Positions 21,566 through 34,500 of a stretch of 64,000 nucleotides of DNA are shown piece after piece. Below the pieces are notes generated by a model. That model worked only from the letters and a program-made list of their open reading frames with translations, ran no database searches and was not told where the DNA came from. A program made the position numbers and the translations under genes. This DNA comes from Mayamaea pseudoterrestris (lineage: Eukaryota), in assembly GCA_027923505.1 (NCBI GenBank), contig BROI01000003.1, forward strand, positions 744,001 through 808,000, given 5' to 3'. Position 1 is the first letter of the stretch, and each line of letters opens with the position of its first letter.

Positions 21566-24241
21566 CTAATCGAGGCCGTACAGTAGCATGTAAGCGAGCT
21601 CCTGCTTGCTTTCCGACGAAACAATTCTATCTAAAGAGGTCATCGCAGTCGATGTGTCGTCAAATCCAACCCAGACGGGAGTTGCAGCTGTTGAAGGGAC
21701 GCCATCAGTTGCAGGGGTTCCCTCGGGGATGACGCGTAGCGCATCGGCTGAATAATGGCCCGACTCTGCACGAGGACCGTGATGGTATACTATGCTTTTG
21801 AGTGAGTACACCTTCGAGGCACTTGCCCAGTCCACATGTGGTGCCCGAAAGAAGTCCAAGTCGAGCTTTTCAGAGAGCGAAACTGGATCTTTTTTCTTCT
21901 TTAGCACATACTCGATTCGCGGTGGCTTCGGACTGTAGTTTTCTGTGTTTTCGTCTGTGACAGGCTCGGTAATCTTGTTCTCCGACCAGATGAAGCGCTT
22001 CAGGTGAAGAATGAGAAATTGCGGTCTGTTTTTCAGAATATGAGTCAGTGATTAGAATGTTTACAACATCTGTCGGCTTGCGCTAGTCAGCAGCAAAACT
22101 TACCTGGAAATGACGCGCATTGTTTGCAAAGCATGCGTACCGTCCGTGCAACGCTCACACTTGATTTCGCGAACTTCCGCCTGAAAAAACTTCAATAAAC
22201 CAGCCGCAACGGATGCTTTTTTGCTGTCAGCATTGTCGGTAGTTTCTTCTGAGCAGACGTCAATTGAGACGTGGCGGTAAAACTCTTCTTTTGACCTGCC
22301 AAACGAAGTGTGCAAGATGAGGATTGAAGTGTTACACAAAACCACCCGTGTATGTGCGTGGACTCACCTAGTATAGTTGCATGAGTTGCACTTTAAACTA
22401 ACCTCAACCGTCATTCGAAACTTATCCGTAGGAAGCAAGATCTCGGCAGAGTCGATGGTAGACGACTTTGGATCATCGGTTGCGGCTATCGGCGCTGCCA
22501 TTCCATCGAACGCAGCAGAGTCCACATGAGATTCCTTTGCCTTTCCCGCCAAGACTTCCTTTTCCAGTTCTTCATGCATGCTCTCGACGAGGTCACTGAT
22601 AAACTCGTGAGCGTCTCGTTGCAAATTGCCGGCAAACTTATCAGTAAGCTTGTCGATTTCAGCTTTGACGCCATCGAGACGGACGGACTTGTTATCAGTT
22701 GTATCAGCTACTCGTTCAGCAAGTTGAACAACTTGTTGAGTGAGCGGGCCACCTCTGTTGCGTAGCTGCGCCACGAGTGCATGTGCGGTGAAAAGCATCT
22801 GCAGCGACGCAGCCATGTAACAAGTGTTACCGAGGTTATACATGCCTCGAAACTTAAAGATTGGCTTTTCCTTGACCAATTCATCATCCTTGATGGTATC
22901 ATTAGTATTTTCAGTATTGGTATTGGATCGAAATTGCAGCCGCGAGCGCTCAAAGCTATCTGATCGTAAGCGCTTGTACTCCTTGCCGCCGTGCGAAAGT
23001 CTTCGACCCCGCTCCGTACTCGGTCCAAATGAACCAAAACTGGCCCGTTTAGAACATGAAAGAAGTGGCTTTGTAGGACTACTCACAATGTCATCCTTTG
23101 CCATGGTCGAAAAAGGTGACTTCGTGCCAAAAAGAGCCATGGCTGCCTTCTCGGATGACGACGTTCGAGTCGGACTAGTGTGGAGCCACTTATCGGATCG
23201 CTGAAGCTCATTCTTTCGCAAAGATTGCTTGATGATCTGAGCCGATCGTGGTGTAGTTGCGTAGCGTGTCGGTGATGGCGACGGTGTGTCAATCTGAGTC
23301 AATGTGCTGTTGCGTTCGTGTAGTGTTCTTGGTGAAGGTATCGTTGGCGTCAAAGAAGCTGGTTTTGCAAGGAAGTATGATGTCAGCGTTCCTTTTTCGT
23401 TCTTGGGTAAAGTTTTAGTTCCAGGAGTGACGCTCCGGTCCGGTCTACTTGGAGTAGTCAAGTGACTATGAAACAAGAAATCCTCATCGTCGGATTCGGC
23501 GTCGCTTTGAATCTTGCTCTTGATTCGGTGCTTGCGTTTCGTGACCACCTTTGTGCGATTCAGCGTCGGAGGACGGGTTACCTCGTCGTCGGAATCTTCC
23601 CCCAGAAGATCATCGAGTTCAAATTCTTGTTGATCGTCAATGGTAGGAGACGTGTGATGCAACGACGACTCCTGCTGCTGCTGAGGCCTACTTTGAAGGC
23701 TTTCGTCATCTGAAAAGTCGAGTTTGAGATCCAACTGTTGTTGCTGTTTTTTCTTTGTGTAAATTGAATTGTCTAATCGATCCGGAAATATGCTTTTTGC
23801 CAGCTCGCTCTTCGCCGTGTTGCTGCTCATTGCACTGGGTCGCGCACCTCTCCCAAACGCTACTCGTGGACGGGCGGGTTGTAGCTTTTTGCGGGCGCCC
23901 AGTGCCTTGCCACTCGACTGCTCGAGAAATGACTCGGCTTGCGGATTCTTCTTCCTGTGCAAGTAGGACAATTTTTCCGCGAAAGCAGCAAACGAAACGG
24001 CATCTGCTGGTCCGCTCATGACGTAAATCTCATCCTTTTTGGAATGCTGGATGCGAATGGATCCCGCATCTTGGTCAATGATCAACTCTGCAATGTCCTT
24101 TGGTTTGACTTCATACTTTCCTCCTCCAAAGTAAAGTCTATTTTCTTCAATTGTTGCTTTTGATGCACCGAAATGCTTGGATTGGAGGCGAACATGTAGC
24201 TCAAAGTTGTCAAAGTCGCAGGCAATGTCTCGCTTCTTCAT
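21566..24241 (-). CDS. Ubiquitin-specific protease (peptidase C19)
   Basis: Exons 24241-22368, 22295-22104, 22025-21566. Cys box GMYNLGNTCY, QRDAHEF, LHLKRF, His box HHGPRAESGHY, FDD. Confidence 0.92.
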
Positions 24242-24668
24242 GCTGTTCGGAATCCGATAGCGCAACAGAAAATGGAGTGGAATAACTAAATACCTTCAGA
24301 GGCTGCCTGACTCTTTATATGTTGATGCAGCCAGTATCTACCGGCTGCTTTGACTTGTAGCTTCTGATCTCGCCCCTCGCCCGCTGTCTTCCTGCATGGT
24401 TGTGTATTTGGCGCGCCATGATTTGAACGGAAAGACGGAACCGATATGACGTCATGATGAGTGTCGCGGTGTGACAGGTTAAAGTCTGGCACATGGCGTC
24501 ATGGGGCATATTTATTGCAGTCACGAGGCACCCGTTGCGCACATGATCATCGCCAAAAGCAGTTTTCGAACCTGTCTGCACCTCTCTCAACGTCCTAAGT
24601 TCATTCGTCTACAGCAGCGGTAGGTTCGTCCATCATAAAGGGAACTCTACATAGCGATAGCAAAAATT

Positions 24669-27127
24669 ATGAGGATTATTTTCGTGGTAGCGAGCTTGGC
24701 TTTGTCCATTGAGGCTAATAACAACGACCTTTTCAACTACGGATTCAGCGACGTGGACATTGAAGGAGGGACGGCCTATGGGCAACAAAATTGGGGAGAT
24801 GTGACCTGCGATAATTTGGAAGAGTGTGTAAGTGCAAAGCGAGTCACTTTTTTGAAACATTTGAGAATATGCTCACACATACATACATTCTGTTTCCATC
24901 AAAGTCTGGATATCCCGACAAATACTTGCAGGGCAAAGGATTTTCCGTCGGTGGTAGCAGCAATTGCTTGTGGTGCCCTGAGAATGGGCCTCAGAACTGT
25001 GGACTGCACCGACAGTCTCCCATCAACTTGGAACGCAATCGTGGCCTTGTCGGCGATCCCATGGAAAAAGAGTGTCCTGATTGGCACTTTATGCATGCGC
25101 AAGAAGGGAGTTGCGTTTGGGAAGACTTGCTAGATCAATTTGAAATTGAACGACACGCTTTAAAGCTGAAGATTCCAGTTCAAGATGATGGGGAGATTGA
25201 CTGCGTTGACACAGACGGCTTGCGTAGGTTTCCTCGAACGGATTACTCGAAAGGATTCCCCGATTGGTGGTGGATGGACCATACCAGCATTCAGGTACCA
25301 TCTCAGCACACTCAAGAGGGCAAGCGCTACGATGCTGAAGTACAGCTCAATCAGTTTTATGAGATTGAACACCCGAAGAACCAGGTACGTTGACCGGCGA
25401 TGAGAGAATGGTGGCAAGACATAGGCTAACATTCGCTGTTCGAAAATCACCAGTTGGGTAGCATCTCAGTCTTTCTCGATGCCTACAATAACACCGCACC
25501 TTGGCCCATGCTGGACAAACTCATTTGTCAATGGCGCAAGGTAGAGGAGGAGGCTCGCAGTGGGTGTGGACTTGAACCATCGCCGCCGTATGGACGTTGC
25601 GCCTTGTTTCGAGACCAGGAGCCCACTGACGCGTGGACTGCGGAATTGAAGGGAGAACTGTTCACTTACACAAGATCGCCGAACGCAAACGTAACCAAAT
25701 CGCCCATTGCCTCAGTAAACGAGACAGAGGCTCCATTTGCATCCCAAGTGACTACGGAACCTACAATGCAGGTGACGTCCACTCCGTCCCAACTGCCTGT
25801 ATCAGCGGCTCCAACACCGATTGGTACATCATTAACCGCATCTCTTGAGAAGACGGTCGCTCCTTCTTCCGAAGCAGCTTCTCCTTCGGATAGCACTCCT
25901 TGGTGGCAAGCTTGGGGTCGACCAGATGGTTTGGTTCCGACACCGACTGCCTTTCCCTCAATGGCACCTGGCGCTGTGCAGAACGTCACGACAGGCTCTG
26001 TACCGGCCGCGATTGAATGCAGCGCATATCCTTCGTCGAGCATTGAACGAATGTGTTCATCGTCGCAGCCATGCTGTGAATCTACTCGATCGGAGACAAC
26101 CTTCTGCTGGGATATCTACGAGAATGTTTTCCCTGGCTCTTTGATTGAGTCAGCTTGCCACCACTGCTGCGCAACTCCCAAAGACATAGGCCCACCGGCT
26201 GATCCATTGCCTGAATTGCCAAAGACGGTACAATGTTCTGCTATAGACAGTCCATACCGAATTTGCAAGCCAAATAGTTGTTGCGTCAGTCCCCGCTCGA
26301 CTAGCACTTATTGCATGGAGATATACGACCAGTTCGGTGAAGACATGGAACAAATTTGTGTAAGTGTAAGAGTTGGCTGTGTTTATTATGCCAATAATCA
26401 CAATGGCGCTTTCTGACCATTATCGTCACCCCACATCCTGCAGCACTATTGCTGCGCCGAGAGTCAGGTAGTGGGACCGGCGCTTCGCCGAAATTTACGC
26501 GGTCACGACGCCAATGAGCTGCTGCGCAAGAGCCGCTCGAGCACTCAGGAAGCTGACGCTTATGGACGACACCTCCTCCTTGGCCCAGAGAATTTTGATG
26601 GATCAATTGATGAGCATGCCTACTATGAGCACGTACAAGATTACCAACGGCAACGAAAACTTCAAGAGGCCATGGTGCACGAGGAAGACTATGCTGATGT
26701 TGACTATGGCACATTTGACTGGCTGATTGAGGCCAACACCGAATACTACTTCAGGTACGAAGGCACGCAAGTCGTTCCTCCGTGTTGGGAGGTGGTACAC
26801 TGGCGGGTGTTGAAGGACCCGATTAAAGTCCATCCTCGCCAGATAGCTGAGCTTAATCGGCTGCTGGCCTGGAGAATTTCCACAAGTGGATCCAACCGCT
26901 GTGAGGTAGACACCGCAGGCCGACTTTCTGAGGATGGTAACTCTATCGAACTAAGTCGGGAGACGCAATATCACCACCTCCTCCACCGAGACGTCTTCTG
27001 CGAGTGCAAGGATTGGCCATCAAAGTTTGAGTCTGACAAGCAGTGGTGCAAAAATTGGATGAATAAGACGGCGGAAGAACGGTTTTACAAAACTCCCTAC
27101 AGCTTTGATAGCAATGGAGAGTGGTAG
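24669..27127 (+). CDS. Secreted alpha-carbonic-anhydrase-like protein, likely acatalytic, with a mucin-like/Cys-rich insertion
   Basis: Exons 24669-24827, 24905-25384, 25454-26359, 26444-27127. Motifs YGQQNW, QSPINL, PSQHTQEGKRYDAE, YFRYEGT..PPC.EVVHW. Confidence 0.85.
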
Positions 27128-27299
27128 CAAACATGCTAAGGGGGAGCTTGTAAACAGTAATTACATATACATGAGATAAAGTCTGCGGTTAGGTGTGAAC
27201 TCATGGAACCGTCTACATGGCGTTTTTGGCTTTGAAACTGCCGTAGCATTTGCAATGCCTCCATTTTCATCTCCTGCTGGCAATTCAATGTCTTCTAGC

Positions 27300-27960
27300 T
27301 TCCTTCTTATCCAGTTGGCACACTCACAATATACTAACTGCAACAGGGGTCACTGTTTTGCATGTTTGCAATGGTCCACTCACTTTATTTGCGCATTTTG
27401 CCTGCGCTTTCCCTCCGACAATAAGGTAGATAATTCTTTTGTCTGAAAGAGCCTCAAGGCGACCCAGCTAGGGAGGCAAAAACTAACCAGGCAAACGCAT
27501 GACGCTCCAGCGAACTTGCTCCAGACATGGAGGCATAGTTGTCGAATCTCATGTTTGAGGGACAAGCTGGAAAGAGACAAAGAAGGCACGGTCAGTGTCG
27601 ACACCTGCGGGGCCCAGGCCATTTAAACCCGATGTTGAGCGCACGTTTTCGCAACTTTGAGAGCTACAGCTTCCCAAACTTGTATAAAAGCTCAAAAAAT
27701 CCGTAAGAGCCATTTTCATCGCTTACTTCGACGAGAGTGGCGACGTTGCCAATGGAGTTTGTCCTTTGCATTGCTTGAAGTCGTGTGGGACAAGATGATC
27801 TCGGCCATGTACCAAGTAGCGTTTGCCATCGATGGTATGCCGACTTGAAATCGCCACGTCTGTAAACTGTTGGGACCATGGGTAGGGAAATCCGAGGGAG
27901 AAGTCAATCGTTGTCGGATATAGATGTACCGCAATGGTCAGGCCGACCTTGCATTTAGGG
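27300..27960 (-). pseudogene. Degraded alpha-CA-like paralog
   Basis: Fragments GFPYPW..FTDV...RHTIDGKRY, AEIILSHT, FFEL and VYCECANW lie in different frames and match the gene at 28418-29952. Confidence 0.75.
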
Positions 27961-28417
27961 CAAAGTCCGTGGAGAAGGAGATGCTGTGACAGAATAATGC
28001 TTGCAAAAGCCGAGACCGCTACGCAAGCGACCGCACAGCGGACACTCATCGTATCTATCAGGTGCTGTTGAGCTGGCCGCTGTTTTGCTCCACGCTTGTA
28101 CGGTTATTGTGAACTGGCAATAATGACAGTGGGGAGCTGGCGAAGTCAATCAATCTCCATCATTGCACGCAGCGTGCAGGGAGGGTAGATAAGCACGATG
28201 CGCCTCGGCTGTCTAACGTCCGCTGCAGCTATCTAAAAAGTATCTGTTATGAACGCCGACTGCACCTATTGGCGACGACTTCTAACATACAAGGCAAAGT
28301 ACGAGCTCGATACTTATGAAGAGGCGAAATGGCGACAGAACAATTATGGATATTGGCACTCCCATTAATTCGCACAAATTATCAATGACTACGAAATCCG
28401 CCAGCGACTACTCTTAC

Positions 28418-29952
28418 TCAAGGTCCACTGTATGGAAAGACGCCCCGGTCAGCCATTGTTTGATTGCAATACGCAACATCGGCGGGTTTGGGGCTACGCC
28501 AGTTGACACACTCGCAATAGACCAGCTTGTGATCCTTCGTCATTGTCTGGAGGGGCCGACTCACGTCGCGTTTGATCGTTCCGCCGCGAACTCGCCCGGC
28601 ACTCTCCTTTTCGCATGTAGTTGGGTTAAGGCGATTGAGAAACAGCGCATTCAAGCGTTTGAATTGCGAAGGGGAAATCTTGACCGGGAGACGCATGACT
28701 CTCCAATGAACGTATTCCAAACATGGTGGCTCGATAACTGATCCAAAGTAGCGGAAGTAATACTCAGTGTTCGAGTCCTTGTAAAACATGTGAGGGTAGT
28801 ACGGACCCTTGTAGTATGGCTTGTCGACGACTTGCGTTCCAGTTCCAAGACGGCGACGCTGGCCTTCGACGGTGTTGTTGCCGCCAGTCTCCACTTCTGG
28901 CTCAACCATCTGAACCACAATATCGTTCGTGATGTTCGTCTCCATGACTTGTAGCTTGCGTTTTCGCGCGCAGTTCGCGGCGATTCTGTGCGCCTTGGCT
29001 TCCCAGCTGCGAAGGTAAAGCTCAAAGAAAGAATAGTAGTCATCCTCTGTGCCAAGGTCCACTAAGATTGCAATATTACCAATGAGCGTATCCAAGTAAT
29101 TTTGCGAGTACGTATGCGAGAGTATAATCTCCGCGCTATAACGCTTCCCGTCAATGGTATGCTGACTCGGGACAGTAACATCCGTGTAACGAAGCAACCA
29201 AGGATTTGGAAAGCCCCAAGAGTAGTCCGCACTTGGCCAAACAGTGCAGTTTGGTTGGTAGGCTCGTAGGACGTGTGGGAGGATTTGACTGGAAGAATTG
29301 AAAAAGGTAATGATCAAATTGAGAGTTTAGCCCGCGAGAAATTGCAGTGTAATTGACGGAGCTTCGCAAACTCACAAATCTACCTGGCCCAGCTTTGTGT
29401 TTCCCGGAATAAAGTTAATGCGATGACGATCAAGGCACAGCCGTGCCGCCGTAATGTTCTTGTACAAGGCAATGGGACTCTGTTTATTCTGCGCGCATGC
29501 TTTCGCGGTGGAACCTTTGGAGCAATCGATGCACATGTTGATCGTTTCGTTGTAGGGAATGAATGGATTGAAGAGCTTCCAGTTCGTAGGATATCCCGGC
29601 TGTTTATATACGAGACAATGGAATCAATGAGTAATTTTCACGACTGCGGGGTGAGCGATGCTTCGACAGTCATCGCGCGAAGAATACATACACAAGTATT
29701 GATATCGTTGCAGTGGACGTTGCTCCAATTGCTCGGGCCATAATTGTCACCAACCAATGGGTCGGCGCTCATGATGGTAGTGTCAAAGTTGAAACGGTCG
29801 TCAGGATTGATCGTTGTCGCCATAATCGTGGCTGCAGCAGCTGCTCTTTGAGCTCGCATGCCATGGCGCGCCTTTGTGATTGAAGGATCGCGAGAGCGAG
29901 ACACCGCCATGGCTGGCAAGGCGAGAAAAAGGAATGCTTTGTAGGCCATCAT
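28418..29952 (-). CDS. Secreted alpha-carbonic-anhydrase-like protein, likely acatalytic
   Basis: Exons 29952-29692, 29599-29376, 29288-28418. Motifs YGPSNW, QSPIAL, PSQHTIDGKRYSAE, YFRYFGS..PPC.EYVHW. Confidence 0.85.
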
Positions 29953-30263
29953 GGCTGAATGTGATGCAAGAATATGAGACTGGACGTTGCTTGCTTGGTA
30001 AATGAGTTGTGAGAGTTTCGTTCGAAACGAATCAATGGTCGAACTATGAATCGTGAGCGGCAGGCGTCAATGGCGCGCCGCGACGAAAACGCCTCCTCGA
30101 TTAGCGTTCTCGCACCCCTACTGCGGGGCACGCGCTGCTACCAACGGTAGCTCATGTTATGATTCCAAGTCGTGAAGAATATATCGCTCTACGTACGATA
30201 CAAACAGTCGCATTACTTTAATAGAGTTATTTTCACAAGAAATTGCAGCAGCCAGAGTACTGA

Positions 30264-31043
30264 CTACTCGCTCCAAACTTTTGCCAGCAGCTCCTGGATC
30301 TTTTCCGCCGTCACGACTCCAGCCTTTCCATTCTGAAGCAACAAATCCACAAACTTGCTCTTATTGCTGCTTATGCCTTCCGCGACAAATGCTTGCTGCG
30401 CCGGTGACAACTTTTTGAATTGGTCCGAGTGCTTCTCCAAGAGCGACGCCATCAAGTTATTCATATAGTCTTCCACTTCGTTGGAAGTGAGTGAAATGAC
30501 GGGTTCTTCGCTGGTCTCTTCACCGAATTTGCGATACAACAATCGCTCATGCGATTCCACGTCAACAATATAGTTTCCCAGGAACACTACACTTTCCTGC
30601 GACTTTTCCGGAAATCCACCTTCTGGATGAGCGTCGTACTCGAGGAATCTAATGGCGACAGGATCTTTAGATGTGTCTGCTTCGTCCAAAGCTATGCCAG
30701 ACTTGCCATCATGTTCCAGCAAGGTTGCAGGCCACCAGCGAGATGTAGTAGTCGTTTCGTCGTTGTCTTGTTCCTCGTGCTGCTCAGTTGCTTCATCGTC
30801 ATCGTCGTCGTCGTCATCATCATTACTTCCAATCTGCCATTGAACCTCAATGCGATCTCCAGGCTTGAGTCCAATTTCAACAGCCCTGTCAATAAAGACT
30901 CGAGGGGAAGTGCAAGCCTTCTTGTTGTTGTTGTCGCTGGAGTTGTTGTCGGATTCCAAGGTCGCCTCATTCGTCTCCTCCGCGCATCGTTTCTTCACAG
31001 TCAAGCTCGTGCTGTCGGTCGTTGTGGCAATGGATTCCGCCAT
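30264..31043 (-). CDS. Hypothetical acidic protein, possible Tudor-like fold
   Basis: Single ORF; GDRIEVQW...RWWPATLL pattern interrupted by a poly-Asp tract. Confidence 0.65.
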   Translation of the reverse strand: MAESIATTTDSTSLTVKKRCAEETNEATLESDNNSSDNNNKKACTSPRVFIDRAVEIGLKPGDRIEVQWQIGSNDDDDDDDDDEATEQHEEQDNDETTTTSRWWPATLLEHDGKSGIALDEADTSKDPVAIRFLEYDAHPEGGFPEKSQESVVFLGNYIVDVESHERLLYRKFGEETSEEPVISLTSNEVEDYMNNLMASLLEKHSDQFKKLSPAQQAFVAEGISSNKSKFVDLLLQNGKAGVVTAEKIQELLAKVWSE

Positions 31044-31533
31044 GACCTTGTTGTCTGAACTCGTCTCGTTTCGCTCAAAAGCTATGTTTACTGTTATGAA
31101 TGCTGGCTTGGAGAGGCGCAACGTGGACTTGCTGCGACGCGATCAATGATAGTTCGTCACGGTTGTTGGCGCGCCAACCTCGAGCCGAAGCGAACGGAAA
31201 ATGGCACAAGTCGGAGCGGTTCTAAGATGTCGGAGCGGTAATGACTGGACGACCACGATCGCGAACAACGCAGAAACCTCAATGGATGATGGCGGTTGCT
31301 ATGGGGCACAAACATTCACCCTTGGCTTGACTACAACATATTCGAGAATAACAAGCAACTCACCGATTGCATGCATTAGTAGGTTGAATAGAAGCACTTT
31401 TGGATCCAGAGCTCAATAGGTTTGGGGTACGAAACTTGACGCTTGGCGAAGCATCCATCACGCATCAATCCACCAAGAAATCTCTCGATTCGTTTCCAAC
31501 TACTTGTACATAAATCAAACATTGTATATCAGC

Positions 31534-34500
31534 ATGTGCCCTGCCAATCCAAAACCATGGAAGCAAGATTCGGCTGCAGCCAATGCTCCAGACTTGTCAC
31601 CGGCGACTCCCACGCGGCCTCCCAATCCCTACGACACTGCCTCTTGGCTTTCCAAACTCTTCTTTGTGTGGCCATATCCATTGCTCAAACTTGGAATGAA
31701 ACGTCCATTAGTCGAAATTGACCTGCCGCAAGTGACTCGCGTCGACGAATCAGAATACAATCGCGACTACTTTTTGAGACTATGGAAGGAGGAAAAGGAA
31801 CGAAACCCTACAGCACCAAACTTGCATAGACTGGTCGCCATGGACTTTTTCCGAAGCACGTGGATTGTGCAGCCGCTCATGGCTATTGCTGCGGCAGCTC
31901 GAGTCGTGCAAGCTGTCGTGTTGGGATACTTGATTGCCTACTTTGAGGGACGTAACGATTCAGGCTGGTTGTGGGCCTCCATGATTGTCCTTTGCGGAAT
32001 CGTGGTGTTATTTGAACATCATCACGTTTTCTTTCTGACATGGCGCAAGGGTATGCGCATTCGCATTGGATGCGTTGCGGCTATTCACGACAAGGCACTG
32101 CGATTATCCTCGACGCATCAAGATACGTCGGCCAGTTATGGACGAATCATGAACTTGGCAAGCAACGATGTTGAACGGTTTCTTCTGGCGGCCTTGTTTG
32201 TCAGTCACTTGATTTGGGCGCCGCTGCAGGCGCTTGCTATATTGATTGTTGGTTGCTTTTTGATCGGACCGTCCTTTGCAGCTGGTTTTGCCTTGCTGCT
32301 GGTGGTGTTTGTGCCGCTGCAATTCTACCTCAGTCGAAAGTTTGGCTACTATCGGTCACGCATTGCACACATTACCGACCAAAGAGTCACTTTTGTGTCA
32401 CAAGCCGTCCGAGGCGTTCGGGTTATGAAAATGAGTGGTTACGAGGATCGCTTCCTTGAGCGCATTATGGACTATCGATCGAAGGAGGTTCATCAAATAT
32501 CAAAGGCCAACACGTTAAAGTCGTGGAACGAAGCCTTGTTCTTTGCGACGAATGTGACTCTTTCGCTAGTCATCTTCCTGGTCAAGGTATTCACCGGAGG
32601 AACCTTGCAGAGCGGAGATGTATTTACAGTCTTTACACTGGTTAATATTTTGCAGCTTGAAATGTCGAAGCATGTTTCGCTTGGTGTTATGGCTGTGAGC
32701 GAGGTTTACGTTTCCATTCAGCGCATTCAGCGATTCTTGGAGTTTCCCGAGCAAGCTAAACAATTGGGAAGCGATATTGTTAAAGATATAGAGGTTATGG
32801 CGGATCCAGTGGCAATCAGCATGTCAGATGTTGTATGCTATTGGGATGACGTCAACGAAATGGAACAATATGTTAAGGAAGAGTCATCGTCGACTGGTGA
32901 GTCTGCGGGATCGTATTTAGCGTTGGAGAAAATTTCGGTTGACTTTCGCAAGGGCGAGCTCACTGCAGTCATTGGGACGGTTGGCGCCGGGAAGAGTGCC
33001 CTCCTTCAAGCTATTGTGGATGAGTTGTCAGTTGCATCAGGGATATTACGTAGACGCTACGAATCACTGTCGTATGCATGTCAAGACCCTTGGATTATGG
33101 ATGGTACGGTGAAGGAAAATATTCTCATGGGCGCAAATTTGGACGTGAATTGGTACGCGCAAGTTGTGGAAGCTTGTGGCCTCACCATTGACTTTCAGCA
33201 GCTACGCAACGGCGATGAGACATTTGTTGGTGACAGAGGTGTTCAATGCAGTGGCGGACAAAGAGCCCGAATTGGTCTGGCACGAGCAATCTACCGCGAT
33301 GCCGATGTATTGGTTGTGGATGATCCTCTTTCCGCTGTGGACGCCAAGGTAGGACGTCAGCTTTACAACGAGGCTATCCTTGGCCTTGCCGTTAGCAGAG
33401 GCAAGTGCGTCATCCTTGCCACGCATCAGCATCAATACCTTAGCGATGTGCGATGTGTACTGATGCAGAAAGGCCGAGTAGGATTTATTGGAAGCTACGA
33501 AGAATGCGTGAAAGCATCGGGAGGAGAGATTCATGCGCACACTGCCGATGACACCGTCGATGATCTCATCGAAGAGGAGACAACGGAGAAGAGCGCTTCT
33601 ATGGCAACTGAAGATGACGAGAAGATTACTTCATTGGTGGATGATGACAATAGAGAGATTGCGCAACAAGGTCTCGTACAATCAGATACATACTTGAAAT
33701 ATATCAAGGCGATGGGAGGTTTGTGGGTTGGCGCTGCATTGTTTGTGTTATTCTGTGTGACGCAAGCGTCGGTTCTTGTTACTATGACGTATGTTGGCAA
33801 ATGGGCGAGACGCCCGAGTAGCGAACAAGATAATTGGGACATTGTTGGTTTTATCATCGGTATGGGTTGCTTGGTGATATTTTTTGCCATTGTTCGAGCC
33901 TACGTGAGTTTTCAGTTGACTATAAAAGCCTCGCAGCGACTGCATGATCGCATGGCAAAGTCAGTTCTTCGAGCAAAGATTGAGTTCTTTGATACCAATC
34001 CGCTCGGTCGCGTGATGAATCGCTTCAGTGCAGACACTGGAAGCAACGACGACCAGTTGCCACCGACGCTTTTCGATTTGTTTGTCATTGCCTTCATTGT
34101 CCTCGGCGCATTAATTCTCGCCGTTATTTCATTGCCATTCACGCTTATTGCTGTCCCTATTCTTGGCTGGTACTTTTGGTCCGTGCGACGAATTTTTGTG
34201 ACGAGTTCACGCGAGTTGAAACGTTTGGAAGGCTTAGCTCGGTCTCCGATTTTTGCAATGCTAAGTGAGAGTATGGGAGGCATTGCGACGATCCGCGCCA
34301 ACGATTCTCTTGAATTTTTCCAAGATAAATTCAAAGTGGCGCATGATGCTCATACTCGAGCTTTCTTCGCTTTTATTGCCGCCAGTCGCTGGGTTGGATT
34401 CCGGATGGATAGCATTGTTTTTCTCTTTGTCGCTATCGTGAGCTTCTTGTCGGTTCTCTTTCATTCGCAAAATTGGTTTCCTTTGGATCCTACCGTGTTG

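Noticed and set aside
33241..33262. CSGGQ instead of LSGGQ in ABCC NBD1
   Set aside because: A minor variant; all other motifs are intact.
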